Shown here piece by piece: positions 1-11,646 of a stretch of DNA of 64,000 bases. The stretch comes from an uncultured Verrucomicrobiae bacterium (GTDB lineage Bacteria > Verrucomicrobiota > Verrucomicrobiia > Limisphaerales > Palsa-1400). The notes beneath the pieces were generated by a model, which worked only from the letters and a program-made list of their open reading frames with translations, ran no database searches and was not told the origin of the DNA. Numbering within the stretch: the stretch's first letter is position 1; the number at the start of each line of letters is the position of its first letter. The position numbers and the translations under genes are program-made. Where the stretch lies: positions 5,408,001 to 5,472,000 of the forward strand of contig OY969763.1 in the NCBI GenBank assembly GCA_963702845.1. Reading direction: 5' to 3'.

Positions 1-30
1 GTCAATACTAAGAACCGACCCCTTTTTGAG

Positions 31-1224
31 CTACCCTTCTACAACTCTCGCCGTCTCGCGGTCATATCGAAAGTTTTCTAAGGTGCCTTCGATGAGTTTG
101 TCGATTGCTTGTTCGATCGCAGGCAATGGGACAAGAAACCATTCCCTTGGTTCGACTTGGCCACCAAAGCGGTCTTTTAATTCCAAATCCAAACGAGCGC
201 CTTGGAAAAACTTATGCAGAAGTGCTTCAAGTCGTTTCCGGTTGATATTCGCCAGTTTAAAAGTTGCTACGATTTCCACGTCCGCAAGTAGATATGTAGG
301 ATCCCGTTTGGCACTACCGACGCGAGTTTTTATATCCGCGCCGGTCACACCAATTTTGTGAATAACCGACCTATGCTCTGCTACGAATGGGTGTTCTGAT
401 TTGCTTCGCAATACATAGATGTATCCGGTTGGCAGGTCATCGGGTTCCTCGATGCCAGAAAAAAGCGGCCCGAAATCTCGAGGCATGATGCGCCGGCTGG
501 CTTTGTCCTTGTTTAAAGCACGCTGCAACGAACGAAGGAGAAGGTCGCTTTCGGTAGCATTGTCATAAATGACGCGCAGCCTGCGATCAGGGCGGCCGTA
601 ATCGGTTACAAAAGGCTCGTCCATTTCAGCAACAACTATCTTTTGCCCATCCAAGATGAAGAGGTCGCCCTTTTTGACTTCGGCGTTGTCCTCGTATTTC
701 GTTGTTTGTCTCTGTCCTTCTTTGAGCTCGCTTTGAACTTGCTCGAAGATCAGTTGGAAATCGGCGAAGTCTTTGCAGGGATTTCGCTGAGCGATTTCTT
801 CTGCGGCTTTTATTTCGTCGCGGGGCCGAACGTGTACGAGCTTGGTGACATCATCTTTCGGTTCAACGTCAACGCCGAGCATCGACAGCAAAGCCTCGTC
901 GGTAGGTTCGTCTTTCAACTGCGCAACGGCATGATCTGCTTCAGCACCAAGCAATCCGCGTGAATCCAACTCTCGTAACACCGCGCGACATTCTGCCGAC
1001 GCGCGAATTTGATCGAGCCGAACAGCGTAAAGACGCTCGAAAATGTCGCGATTTTCTCCATGCTGAGGTACACGCCCATTTTCCTCAATGAATTGAACAA
1101 TTTCCTCATAGCCGGCAATGATGCGCTGTTCTCGGGCAGGCCGCCCGCCGCTCGAAGTGGGTTCGGTATCGACACCAAGTTCGCCTAAAAGGTCCAAGTC
1201 ATCGTCGTTAATACGGTCAGCCAT
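31..1224 (-). CDS. GIY-YIG nuclease family / T5orf172-domain protein (YeeC-like)
   Basis: C-terminal GYIYVLRS...HKIGVT...LEALLHKFF...PREWFLV motifs typical of T5orf172/GIY-YIG; last gene of a yeeABC-like operon; start overlaps the helicase stop. Confidence 0.85.
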   Translation of the reverse strand: MADRINDDDLDLLGELGVDTEPTSSGGRPAREQRIIAGYEEIVQFIEENGRVPQHGENRDIFERLYAVRLDQIRASAECRAVLRELDSRGLLGAEADHAVAQLKDEPTDEALLSMLGVDVEPKDDVTKLVHVRPRDEIKAAEEIAQRNPCKDFADFQLIFEQVQSELKEGQRQTTKYEDNAEVKKGDLFILDGQKIVVAEMDEPFVTDYGRPDRRLRVIYDNATESDLLLRSLQRALNKDKASRRIMPRDFGPLFSGIEEPDDLPTGYIYVLRSKSEHPFVAEHRSVIHKIGVTGADIKTRVGSAKRDPTYLLADVEIVATFKLANINRKRLEALLHKFFQGARLDLELKDRFGGQVEPREWFLVPLPAIEQAIDKLIEGTLENFRYDRETARVVEG

Positions 1225-3417
1225 TTTTTTCTTCCTTCGCTTTCTGTTGTAGGAAAGCCACCCCTTCTGCCATCCTTTTCTCCCATGGATCTTGCGCGGT
1301 TAGCGAAGGCAGCCTGCCCTTTTCCTGCTTGAACCGTAGTGCCCGCTTTGCCAATTCGCGTGCGTCCTCAATCGTTAGGTTAATCCGCCGACCAGCGATG
1401 ACTGCAGCTACCTGTTTTAGGCGTTCTTCAGTCATTGACTTGGCGAGAATGGTGTACGCTTCCCCAAAAGGATTGATGCGGTCGATAAGATCAATGTCAA
1501 GTTCGGTCACAGACAGAGCGAACTTCCGGATACCATCAATCAACGATGTGTTTGGCGACGCCACATTTCCTGACTCAGTCAGCAATTTTTTTGCCTGCTG
1601 AACGATATTTAGAGCAGCGATAGCGTGTTGCCGGACAGCTTCCTGATCTTCATCATTTAGATTTGGGAACTTCTCTTTTACAATTTTCCCCATTCGCAAT
1701 TGCGTCAGTTCCTCTGGAACCAACTCTTCGTCAAACATCCCTCGCTCGATCGCTTGTTTGTCCTGCACAAAAGCAGTAATCAACTCAGTCAAATCCTCGC
1801 GGCAGATGCGCTCTGCCTCCTGGCTTTTTGGCTCGGCAAGGCCTTTAATTTCAAGTTGGATTCGACCCGTGTCGGAGTTAATGCCAACATTACATTTGCT
1901 CGGATCATAACCACCTTCACCGTAATTGAACCCCTCGCTTGGACCGCTGTTCTGGTTTTTTGGCTTGAACTCAAATCGCGGTGCTAATACCTGCTCCATT
2001 AACAGGCTGGCAGCGATCGCCTTCAATGTATCATTGACCGCTTCGGTCACTGCGCCTTCGGTCGCGTCGGGTTCGGCAATAAGATTGGTGAAACGGGCAC
2101 GCGTTTTGCCGGGCGCATCGCGAGTAGTGCGACCTATGATCTGGTACAATTTCGGTGAGGCTCGAGCGATAACCAACGGTGAGGGCGTGTTCGCACCATA
2201 TCCAATCGAAACCCTCCTTAGCCATCCCTAGAGCAATGATAATATCGACGTGGTCTCGATTGTTCTTTTGCGCCGAGTCCTTAAGGGCTGATGAAACCTT
2301 CTCCCGTTTTGAAGGAGTATCATCTACCAAATCCGCGATTTTCAGGATTTTTCCGCTCGCCGTTTTCACGAGCTGAAAACCAGTTTGAGGGTCCGCACCT
2401 TGCCATTCACCAAGTTCCTCGATGATATGCTCAACCTCTCGAATCTTATCTTTTGTGCTCTCCCGAGCGTTGACGTTAGGTATGTGGACAATCGTTTTCT
2501 CGTAAGGGTTTAGAACGTTTAGAATCTCGCTGGTGAAATTGCCCGCGTAAAAATAGTAACCAATGTCAAGCTGCTTCAGGTATTCGTAACCGTTTAGCTG
2601 CTCGTAATAAGTGTAAGTTACCGTATCAAACCTTGATTCGTCATCGGGGTGTAATACCGCTTCGGCGTCCCCACGAAAGTACGAACCGGTCATCGCGACG
2701 ATATGTGTTTTGTCACGCGCCATCAACTGCCGGATGTTTTCACCCAGCCTGTTGTCAGGATTCGCGGAAATATGATGAAATTCGTCCACAGCAATGAGTC
2801 GGTCGTCGAATGCTTCCACGCCAAACCGATCTACGGCAAACCGAAACGTTGCATGAGTGCAAACCAACGTTTTATCTATGGTTTGCAAAAACTTCTGTAC
2901 CGAATCTACCTTTCCGTTGGTATCGGAACCGGGTGCATCGCACAGATTCCACTTCGGTTTGTACTTTCCAATCGGCCCAAAAGCCAAACTGGCTTAACGG
3001 CTCATCGTGGAAGCTGGCCCCAATCGATCTCTCCGGCACAACGATGATCGCCTGCTGCAAGTTTTGGTTTGTAAGCTTATCTAAGGCTACGAACATTAGA
3101 GCCCGGCTTTTTCCTGAAGCTGGAGGTGATTTAATAAGGAGGTACTGTTCGCCGCGCTTTTGCCAAACGCGTTCCTGCATTGGGCGCATTCCCATGGCGT
3201 TGGGTTTTGTCGAGCTACCGTTATGAGCATATTTTACGGTAACGCACGGGATCGATTGTTTACTACGAAAGACCTCACGAGATTGCTCGACATCGCCGGA
3301 TCGCTCGTGGTGACGAGCGAGCAGGTCAGGCAATTCCTTTTCAAACTGATCGCGTATCGTTTGATATTCGGCAGCTTTATCAAGCGAAATATGTTGCTGG
3401 CGGATGATACGTTTCAT
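1217..3417 (-). CDS. YeeB-like SF2 DEAD/DEAH helicase, split by two +1 frameshifts (~2959 and ~2143), with an extra ~50-aa N-terminal extension
   Basis: Walker A SPPASGKS, DEFHH, MTGS, KEGFD and QIIGRTTR are spread across ORFs 2872-3417, 2031-2987 and 1217-2176. Removing one base at each junction restores WKVQPKWNLC and TEIVQIIGR. Confidence 0.85.
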
Positions 3418-3692
3418 GGTCGTTTCTTTCTCGGCACGTCGAAGGCTGTAACGGGATAAATGGTATCGCGGTCGATTTGCTCGTAGGCAACCATCAGGTG
3501 TCGACCCGCGACGGTATCTCCAAAGACGACCGGCCTACCGGAGGACCGGCTAATATCTGTGCCTTTAGGATTCTGCACGGCCTCTTCGACTTCCTCCTTA
3601 GTTATGCAGTGCTTCTTCGCGATATGTTGCACGTTTCCATTTGGGTCGTCGTCGCGGTCCCAAAGTATGCAATTGAAGTTCGGCCAGCTCAT
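3414..3692 (-). CDS. BrnT/RelE-fold-like toxin
   Basis: 92 aa; WD...GNVQHIAKKHCITKEEVEEAV...GDTVAGRHLMVAYE...IYPVTAF pattern of BrnT-like ribonucleases; ATGA overlaps with both neighbours. Confidence 0.7.
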   Translation of the reverse strand: MSWPNFNCILWDRDDDPNGNVQHIAKKHCITKEEVEEAVQNPKGTDISRSSGRPVVFGDTVAGRHLMVAYEQIDRDTIYPVTAFDVPRKKRP

Positions 3693-6460
3693 TCGACGCA
3701 GCCTTTCGTGTTGCCACCGGTGCCTTTTTTAACTGGCTCCGTCCGCGAAGTCATCTGCGTGTAAAGTTCAAAAAGTTTTTCAAGTCGCTCAGTGTCATTC
3801 TTAAAACGACGACCGATATAGATTCGTTCTAAAGTCTCATCGGTCCGTTGGTGTGCTTCGCACAAGTTTAACGGCATCGTCTCACCGTCGTAAAGTTCGG
3901 CTATTGTTGCCGGGAAATGAGACTCGCGTGCTAACAGGATTTCTTCGGCGCACCGTGTTAATTCTGCTTTGTTTCGCTCGGTAAGCATGGGAACCGGGAA
4001 AGTGTTCCAACCCAATGTATTCGAATACGAAAACCGCATTTCCAATCTTACGCAAACTGTACCAATCCAAACCCAATGGAGGCGGGACGCAACGAGCGCC
4101 ATTGTCCAAAGAGGTTGATCATACAATGCAAAGCACTTGTTCGAAACTACACTATCGTTTCTGAAGAGATCGACCGGCAGAACATCCCGATTCTCGGACG
4201 ATACAACAGGGATAGCTAGCAGGTGACGCTCACTTCGGTTCATTTCGCGGAACTGATGCAGGCGTTTAACCATGCCGTTTGACATTGCGTCCTTGGAGTT
4301 TGCGCGTTCCTTCGCACCACTTAGTAGACGCGCCCGAATGTCTGCGATCGCGACCACGTGGGGCTCGGGCTCGTTCTCGAACCAGAGACAGTAACGCGGT
4401 CTCCCGTTGATTACTTCGGTGGATCCATAGAAGCGTTTCACGTATTCTTTAGGAAAACCCGATTGAAGGTATCTATTTCTTTCGTTTTGGCTCAGCAACA
4501 GGTGTGCCGAAAGTCCATAATAGTTGCCTTTAACCATCGCAGGCACAGCCGAAATCGGCCGGCTTGCCGACGTGACCCAATGATTCGGCTGCGGCAGCAG
4601 GTAGGCATTTATGTTTTCGGCTTCTACCTTGAGATCACCATCAAAAATGATGGCCTTTCCTGTCTTAAATGCCGCGCCAATCACTACGACCGTCACACCG
4701 GCATCGTGCGCAGCCAGATTGCTCCACTTGAACGAACGCACGGCAAAAACAAACCTCAATCCACGATTAAAAAGTGGCAGCCAAAAATTCGAAACGTGCT
4801 GCCCTTGACAAATGCTATTCGTCGCGACAAATGCGAATTGAGCAGAGCTAAGTGCAGCGAACTCATACGCCTTGTAAAACCAGCCGCAAACGTAATCAAG
4901 CAGTCCCCATTTTTCCACCTTGCCCGCGAAGAGCCGCCGAAGGTCTTCTTTCTGTTGCAGCGATTTTCGCGCGTTTCCCTTGTACGGGGGGTTGCCGCAA
5001 ATGTAAATTTCTCCACCTTCGTTTTGAAACTGAATTTCGGCCTGGTCTAATGGTGTATTGAATAGATCATCGCCTTGGAGTTTCACCACCTTGCCTTCCG
5101 GTCGGCATACACTGACCCAATCAAGGCGCAGTGCGTTTCCACACGTAATCCAGTTCGCAGCTTCCAACGGCAGAAATTCGGCAAGAGCTAGTTTTTGCCC
5201 ACGATAAAGTACGTCACATTGATACTCGGCAATAATTAGCGCGAGGCGCGCGATTTCGGCGGGAAAGTCCCGAAGTTCGATACCGCGAAAATTCGTAAGT
5301 GGTATTTCGGATGAGTGTTCCAGTTCATTGCGGCGCCGATTGATTTCCGCTTCAATTTCTCGCATTGCCTTGTATGCGATAACAAGGAAATTGCCCGAGC
5401 CACACGCTGGATCGAAAACGCGGATTCGAGAAAGGCGCTGGCGAACGTTGAGAAGCTTGCGCGGATTGTCTCCTGCTTCCTGCAGTTTCGCCCGAAGATC
5501 ATCTAGGAAAAGCGGGTTTAGAACCTTGAGTATATTGGGGACACTTGTGTAATGCATGCCCAGCGCACCGCGTTCCTCATCGTCGGCGACGGCTTGGATC
5601 ATGGAGCCGAAAATATCCGGATTGATTTTTGTCCAGTCTAACCCACCAACGTGAAGAAGATATGAGCGCGCGATCTTGCTGAATCGAGGAACGTCGAGGG
5701 AGCCCGAAAAAAGGCCGCCATTTACGTACGGAAATAAGTTCGCCCAACTACGGATTTTGGCCGACTCGCGATCCGTAAGCTTGGTGTTCATCGAGCGAAA
5801 TAACTCGGCGATTACCTCATGTGTGTTGGAGGAATCCCTCGCGCTCATTTGATCGATCGTGGCTGTAAACAGGCCCTTTCCGTGAAAGATGTCAGTGTCT
5901 TCGGCAAAGAAGCAGAAGATGAGTCGCGCCATAAAATGATTCATGTCATGACGGCGTTGCTCAGTGCCCCAATCTGGATTGTCCTTGAGCAACTCAATGT
6001 AAAGGCGGTTCAGGCGGCCGGTGGCCTTGATGTCAAACGCGTTTTCCCGAATCTGTTTAACCGTGGTAATTCCAGCGAGCGTTAAGAAGAAGCCGAAATG
6101 GTCGGAAAAGTCGGCGTAAGCACAGGCAACGGTTTCGCCGTCGCCTACGTTTTCGGCCTCGAAGGTTTTGCCATCGGTCGCGAGGATGAATTTCGCCTTC
6201 TGACGGATAGTTGCGGGGCTTTGTCGCAGCGCCCCGAGCGTGGCGGTCACTTCACCTTCAGCGCAAACTTTAATGTGTATGTTATTCCGTTGAAGAATCG
6301 CTCCAGGCAAGTCGGACTGATTTGAGTTCCCGCTGCGCAGGCGTTTGATTGTCGTATCCTTGTTTCCAAATGCCTCAAGAAAGGCGTACGGAAAGTTGGC
6401 TGCGTCAAAGGGCGCTGCGGCAAGGTTTGAAACTGCTTCTTCGATCTCAACTGCGTTCAT
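3689..6460 (-). CDS. MmeI/YeeA-like N6-adenine DNA methyltransferase with C-terminal target recognition domain
   Basis: GMHYTS, motif I FDPACGSGNF, motif IV GNPPY, C-terminal YSNTLGWNTFPVP...LYD...AHQ..D...E pattern; N-terminus is YeeA-like (MNAVEIEEAVS). Confidence 0.92.
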   Translation of the reverse strand: MNAVEIEEAVSNLAAAPFDAANFPYAFLEAFGNKDTTIKRLRSGNSNQSDLPGAILQRNNIHIKVCAEGEVTATLGALRQSPATIRQKAKFILATDGKTFEAENVGDGETVACAYADFSDHFGFFLTLAGITTVKQIRENAFDIKATGRLNRLYIELLKDNPDWGTEQRRHDMNHFMARLIFCFFAEDTDIFHGKGLFTATIDQMSARDSSNTHEVIAELFRSMNTKLTDRESAKIRSWANLFPYVNGGLFSGSLDVPRFSKIARSYLLHVGGLDWTKINPDIFGSMIQAVADDEERGALGMHYTSVPNILKVLNPLFLDDLRAKLQEAGDNPRKLLNVRQRLSRIRVFDPACGSGNFLVIAYKAMREIEAEINRRRNELEHSSEIPLTNFRGIELRDFPAEIARLALIIAEYQCDVLYRGQKLALAEFLPLEAANWITCGNALRLDWVSVCRPEGKVVKLQGDDLFNTPLDQAEIQFQNEGGEIYICGNPPYKGNARKSLQQKEDLRRLFAGKVEKWGLLDYVCGWFYKAYEFAALSSAQFAFVATNSICQGQHVSNFWLPLFNRGLRFVFAVRSFKWSNLAAHDAGVTVVVIGAAFKTGKAIIFDGDLKVEAENINAYLLPQPNHWVTSASRPISAVPAMVKGNYYGLSAHLLLSQNERNRYLQSGFPKEYVKRFYGSTEVINGRPRYCLWFENEPEPHVVAIADIRARLLSGAKERANSKDAMSNGMVKRLHQFREMNRSERHLLAIPVVSSENRDVLPVDLFRNDSVVSNKCFALYDQPLWTMALVASRLHWVWIGTVCVRLEMRFSYSNTLGWNTFPVPMLTERNKAELTRCAEEILLARESHFPATIAELYDGETMPLNLCEAHQRTDETLERIYIGRRFKNDTERLEKLFELYTQMTSRTEPVKKGTGGNTKGCVE

Positions 6461-6890
6461 CTGGCAGTCCTATATCTTATCCCACCTCTGGTGGATTTGA
6501 AGGAGCAATCCGTTTTCACTTTTTTTTGCGTTCCGATGAGCGACAGTCTTATGCGAGAGATGGTTAAAGTGGAAGGAATTTTGCGCGTACGAGTATGCAA
6601 ACGAGCCGGTCTCTCGGCTGCCATGTTTCTGCCAAGTGGTAATTGCCGAGCGCAAAGAACTTCATCCGCTCGCAAATGCAGTTTCCCAAGCCCTGCTTGA
6701 CACAGTAGCGACTTTACTATATTCTGCAGCCGCTGCTGAATTTGCAGCTTTGGGCCGACACCCAAAAACGCTCTTTGAAAGTCATTTGAGCCACTGCGAC
6801 GGGACCGTTAAGAACACCAATTTAATGTTGTTCGTCTCGTGCCCGCCGACGTGATCAACGGAAACCCCTGCGTTCAATTCAGACGTAACC

Positions 6891-7072
6891 AAATATGACT
6901 AAATATGAGTAATTATGACCAAAAATATTTTTTCTTACCTTGGAAGTAGGGATTTAAATTTTCTCTGAAGTTGGTGGCCGCGTGCTAACGTAGGTGGCCG
7001 CGTGCTAACGCACCCGTCACGAAAGTCGCAACAAGTTGCCAGAAGTAGAAGGAAGTTGCAGGAAGTTGAAAC
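6891..7072. repeat. Cluster of 10-bp-phased short direct repeats and a 20-bp tandem duplication
   Basis: aaatatgact/aaatatgagt/aattatgacc; ggtggccgcgtgctaacg twice at 20-bp spacing (6973-7010); five aagt-containing decamers at 7021-7070. Confidence 0.7.
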
Positions 7073-7165
7073 ATTTTCGCATGTTTTTTTCCGCTTCGAA
7101 ATTCGATCGCGACCCGCACGTTCCTGTCCTTGCGTCTTTTTGGGGCCCTTGCGACTTTGCGTTGA

Positions 7166-10100
7166 TCACCGGCGCGTGGCTGCCAACTGCGCATCGAGAC
7201 GTTTAGATGAAACGGAAATTGCGGTGCCGAGCTCTTGCGCGAACAGAGAGACTTTATACTCCTCGACCATCCAACGATAAGTGTTGAGTTGGGTGCGCTG
7301 TTCGGTGGACCGGATTGGTTCCGCTTCAAGCTGTTTCAACGCTTCGACATAAGGCGCGAGTTGGCGCAATCGCTCCTGATTCTTAACTGGATTCAAGGCG
7401 GCGCGCTCAGCTCGAATCAGGAGCGCTTTGAGATAACGAGGCAAGTGCGTCAATCGTTCGTAATCGATTCGTTCCAGAAAACGCGATGGCATGAGATGAG
7501 TCAATTCATCGGTCAGCGGATTCACGCCCGCTGGACTCACGCCCGTTGGACCGGCAGCTCCAATTTGGCTGAAGGATGAAAGCGTCTGAGCACGTGGCTT
7601 CGTTATGGGAACGGACGCGCCAATTTTTTGTTGTACTTGTTGTCGCAATTGCAGAATCGGCCCGAGACGATCGATGAATTGCTGGGCAAGTCCGGGCAGC
7701 CGTTCTCGCGCAGCGGCGACGGCGGCTTGAAAATCTTTTTGGGTCAATGCGGCTAATGGTTCTGCCGGCAAAAGATAATGCTTCAGATGTTCCAGTGCAG
7801 TTTCGCGCAACTCCTCACTATCGCCCAGCGGCGCATAAAGCGCGTCGTAACGAGCCAAGGCGCGCAAATCTTTTTCCAACCACGCAAGATCTTTTTGAAT
7901 GGCGAGTTCAACAAGACGTTGCGTTCCGAGCAGACTCGAGTTTCGCGCAAGATCGGCGCTGCGAAACAAACGCAGGTTCACCACTCCTTCTGCGAATTCC
8001 AATCCCGGCCACGCGTAGAGAGGGAGGCCCGACCCTTCGCTGACCGTGATGCGTTCAGGCAAATCGCCGCACGTCCATTCCGTAACGCCAAAGCGTTCCC
8101 ATTTCTCAGCGGCACGCGTCCAATCTGCCGAGTCGGATTTCGGCGACGGCTCGGTTTTGGCTTGCTGGAGATTTCGTTGCAGTTGCGCGAGGTCGCGTCC
8201 GCTGCCGAGCGATTTGCGATTGTGATCGAGAATGTCGATGCGCGGTCGCAGGTGCGCCGGCAAGGCATTGGCAGGCCATGCCGAAACTGGAACTTCCACG
8301 CCATAACGCTTGTGAATAAAGCTGGCGAGATCCTGGAGAAACGAATTTCCCGACGGCTGAAAGTCGCTGACGATCTCGGAGACCTTCGGCGGAAAGGGCA
8401 TCAACTGCTTTCGAATCGCCTTTGGAAGTGCGCGTAAAAGTTCGCCGATCATTTCTTCGCGCAAACCGGGCACGGCCCACTCGATCAACGAAGCCGAAGT
8501 GGACTGCGCAATGGCGAAAGGTAATTCGATCGTCACGCCATCATGTTCTTCGCCTGGAGCATACGCATAAGCGAGCGGTACTGGCTGGCCTCCGATCGGC
8601 ACCACTTCGGGAAAAGCGTTCGCATCGAATTGCAACGTTTCGCCGCCGGCTAAATCAGCTTCAGAAATACAGAGACGTTCTTGCGCACCGGGTTCGCGCA
8701 AGAAACGGTTCAGGTCGTGAATCGAAGAAACGTTCTCGAGATGCTTCGCGTAAAACTCACTCAACACCTGGTCGAAATCACCGAGGTCATACTTACGAAC
8801 GCGCGTGCGCCAGTTCTCGATCTTTTCGCGAATGCTGCGGTTGTGAGCGAGAAAATTATATTGAGGCGGCAACTCTGGTTTGTTCTCCGCCGTCGGAGTG
8901 AGAATGCGAACTTCATCGCGGTCGGCGTCGCGCTCATCGCTTTGTCGAGCGCGCGAAGGAAATAAACTCTCCTCCACCAAAGCGGAGCGAATGAAAATTG
9001 CGGTGGCTTCTTTCGCGTTGATATTCCCGTAGGCAACTTTGCGACGCTGCACTTCCAATCCGTGCAACGTGATGATTTCTTCAACGAGCACATTTCCGGC
9101 AATTGGCGTTCCAATGCGGATTCTGGTGCGTGACTTTGCAGCAATGCGGTGCGAGTTGAAAAATCCATTGCGGATCAATGCCCGCCAAAGTGCGCGCAAA
9201 CAGTTGTGACGTTTCCACAATTTCCCCAGCGACAATCCATTGAGGCTGATTGGATTTTGGTTTCGGCGGCGGCTTGGTGCCTTTGGTGATTTGTTTTTTC
9301 TGCGGCTCGCCGCGCGAATAAAGAGCCGAACCAGGAAACACGGAGACCATGCGGTTGCCCGCCGCCTTGTAATTGTTGCGCTCTTCGAAACGCGCGACGT
9401 GGCCGATCAGTCCGGCGAGAATCGAGCGATGGATCGCGTCGTAAGCGGCGTTGCTCTCGTTCAGCTTGAACGTGCCGAGATCCTCGAGCGCATCGTGCAA
9501 TTGGGAATAAACGTCCTGCCATTCGCGCATCCGCAAGTAGGAAAGAAATGTTGGCTTGCAGAATTTGCGACGCTGGCCTTGCGTGCGCAGACGATCCCAC
9601 TGGTCATGAACGGCGTTCCAAATATTGAGCAGCGAAAGAAAATCCGATTGTGGATCGGTGAACTTTTGTGCGCGGCGGCGGCAGCCTCTTTTTGGTCGAG
9701 CGGACGTTCGCGGGGATCTTGAATGCTCAAACCGGCGGCGATGATCAATAATTCCGCGTCGCGTGTTCGTGCTGCGATTGGAGCAACATGCGGCCAAGCG
9801 TGGGATCAATCGGAAGCCGCGCGAGGTCTTCGCCGAGACGCGTGAGTGCGCGATGTGCATCCAGCGCGCCGAGTTCCTGCAAGCAGCGCATAGCCATTTG
9901 CAATCGCAGCGGGCGCGGGCGGTTGGACGAACGGAAATGTTTCGATGTCGCCGAGATGAAACGCTTTCATCCGCAGAATGACTTCCGCGAGATTGGCGCG
10001 TTGAATTTCCGGCTGCGTGAATGCGGGACGCGCGTTGAAATCCTCCTCGGAATAAAGCCGAATACAAACGCCGTCCTCGACGCGTCCGGCGCGACCTTTT

Positions 10101-11287
10101 CGTTGGTTCGCGCTGCTCTGCGAAACGGGCTCCACGGGCAAACGTTTCGTGCGCGTTCGCGGGTTGTAACGACTGATGCGCGCAAGTCCGGCGTCAATGA
10201 CATAACGGATTCCCGGAATGGTCAGCGATGTTTCCGCGATGTTCGTGGCGATAACAATTTTGCGTCGCGATGAAGGAGCGAAAACACGTTGTTGATCTCC
10301 CGCGCTGAGCCGGCCGAACAACGGAATCACCTCCGCTTCACCGGAAAAACGCCCTTCGAGTTGATCGCCGGTTTCGCGAATGTCGCGTTCCCCCGGCATG
10401 AAAATCAGCACGTCGCCGGAACTGATCTCATAAAGTATGCGCTCGGCTGCTTGCACTGCAGCATCCACGTAACTCATATCCCCGCGTTCCTCGGAGACGG
10501 CGTCGAGCGGTTGATACTGAACTTCGACGGGATAAAGCCGTCCGGAAACTTCGATGATCGGCGCGTCGCCGAAATGGCGCGAAAACATCTCCGTATCAAT
10601 CGTCGCCGAGGTGATGATCAGTTTTAAATCGTGACGGCGCGCCAGCAAGCCTTTCAAGTGGCCGAGCAGGAAATCGATGTTCAAACTGCGCTCGTGCGCT
10701 TCATCAATAATGATCGCGTTGTATTCCGAGAGATCAGGATCGCCCTGCGTTTCGGCGAGCAAAATTCCATCGGTCATCAGCTTGATATAAGTTTGCGCAC
10801 TGGACCGATCATCGAAACGGATTTTGCATCCGACTTCACGACCCCAACTGACGTTCAATTCTTCCGCAATACGTCGCGAAATAGAAAGCGCGGCGACGCG
10901 ACGCGGTTGGGTGCAACCAATTTTCGCTTCGATGCCCAACCCGGCTTCGAGACACATCTTGGGAATCTGCGTGGTCTTTCCTGAACCCGTTTCACCAGCA
11001 ATAACGACCACTTGATGCGCCCGAATCGCGGCAACGATTTCATCTTTCCGAGGAGTGATCGGAAGATCCGGCGGATACGTCACTCGCGGAACCTTGAGCC
11101 GACGCTCTTCGCGCAAAGCGATGGAGGTGCGAACTTGTTGGAGCAATCGATCCAACAACGCATCGCGCTGACCCGGATGATGTCGATCGCGCAGCAATCG
11201 TCCGACCCGCCGACCGAGTCGAACCCAGTCGGGCAAGAGACATTGCGGTAGCAGCTTTTTTAGTTCTTCGATTCGAGCGTCAACCAT
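7166..11287 (-). CDS. hrpA: ATP-dependent RNA helicase HrpA, with several frameshifts at ~9.1-9.9 kb
   Basis: [41 protein letters not shown]-terminal DUF3418-like region (WAVPGLREE...[19 protein letters not shown]); pieces in ORFs 9806-11287, 9461-9748, 9081-10067 and 7166-9235. Confidence 0.92.
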
Positions 11288-11397
11288 GCAAGCAAAGTAA
11301 GGATAGCTTGGTGGGACTACTCTGGAAAGCGCGGGAACTTTTTGGTTTTGTGCCGGGGGGTTCGCAATCAGTCCCCGACGATGATCGACAGAATTTT

Positions 11398-11445
11398 ATG
11401 AATGTATTTATCACAGGCCAGCGGTGGATCAGCGAATCAGAACCG
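11398..11445 (+). pseudogene. N-terminal remnant of RNA polymerase-associated protein RapA
   Basis: MNVFITGQRWISESEP matches the RapA start (GQRWISD/ExExELGLG); similarity stops after about 16 codons. Confidence 0.55.
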
Positions 11446-11646
11446 GATTGGAATCAAAATCCGCCAATACGACACGGGCAACCGCAACTAGTTGAGGCAC
11501 ACCTACCGTCCACAGTGGCGCACTTGCAGTGGACGGGTGCGAATCTGAGTAGCGTTGTGTCACGTCAATTCACCTTTCCTAATCTTCTGCATCCATATGG
11601 ACACGAGACGATGTTATGTTTAGTGGACCGGGCCTTCGGAGACTGA

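Noticed and set aside
1217..11287. Frameshifts in the helicase and hrpA (also 51265, 54200, 63855) as programmed frameshifting or true pseudogenes
   Set aside because: Isolated single-base indels in short runs, scattered across unrelated and otherwise intact genes with no slippery-site pattern; most likely sequencing or assembly errors
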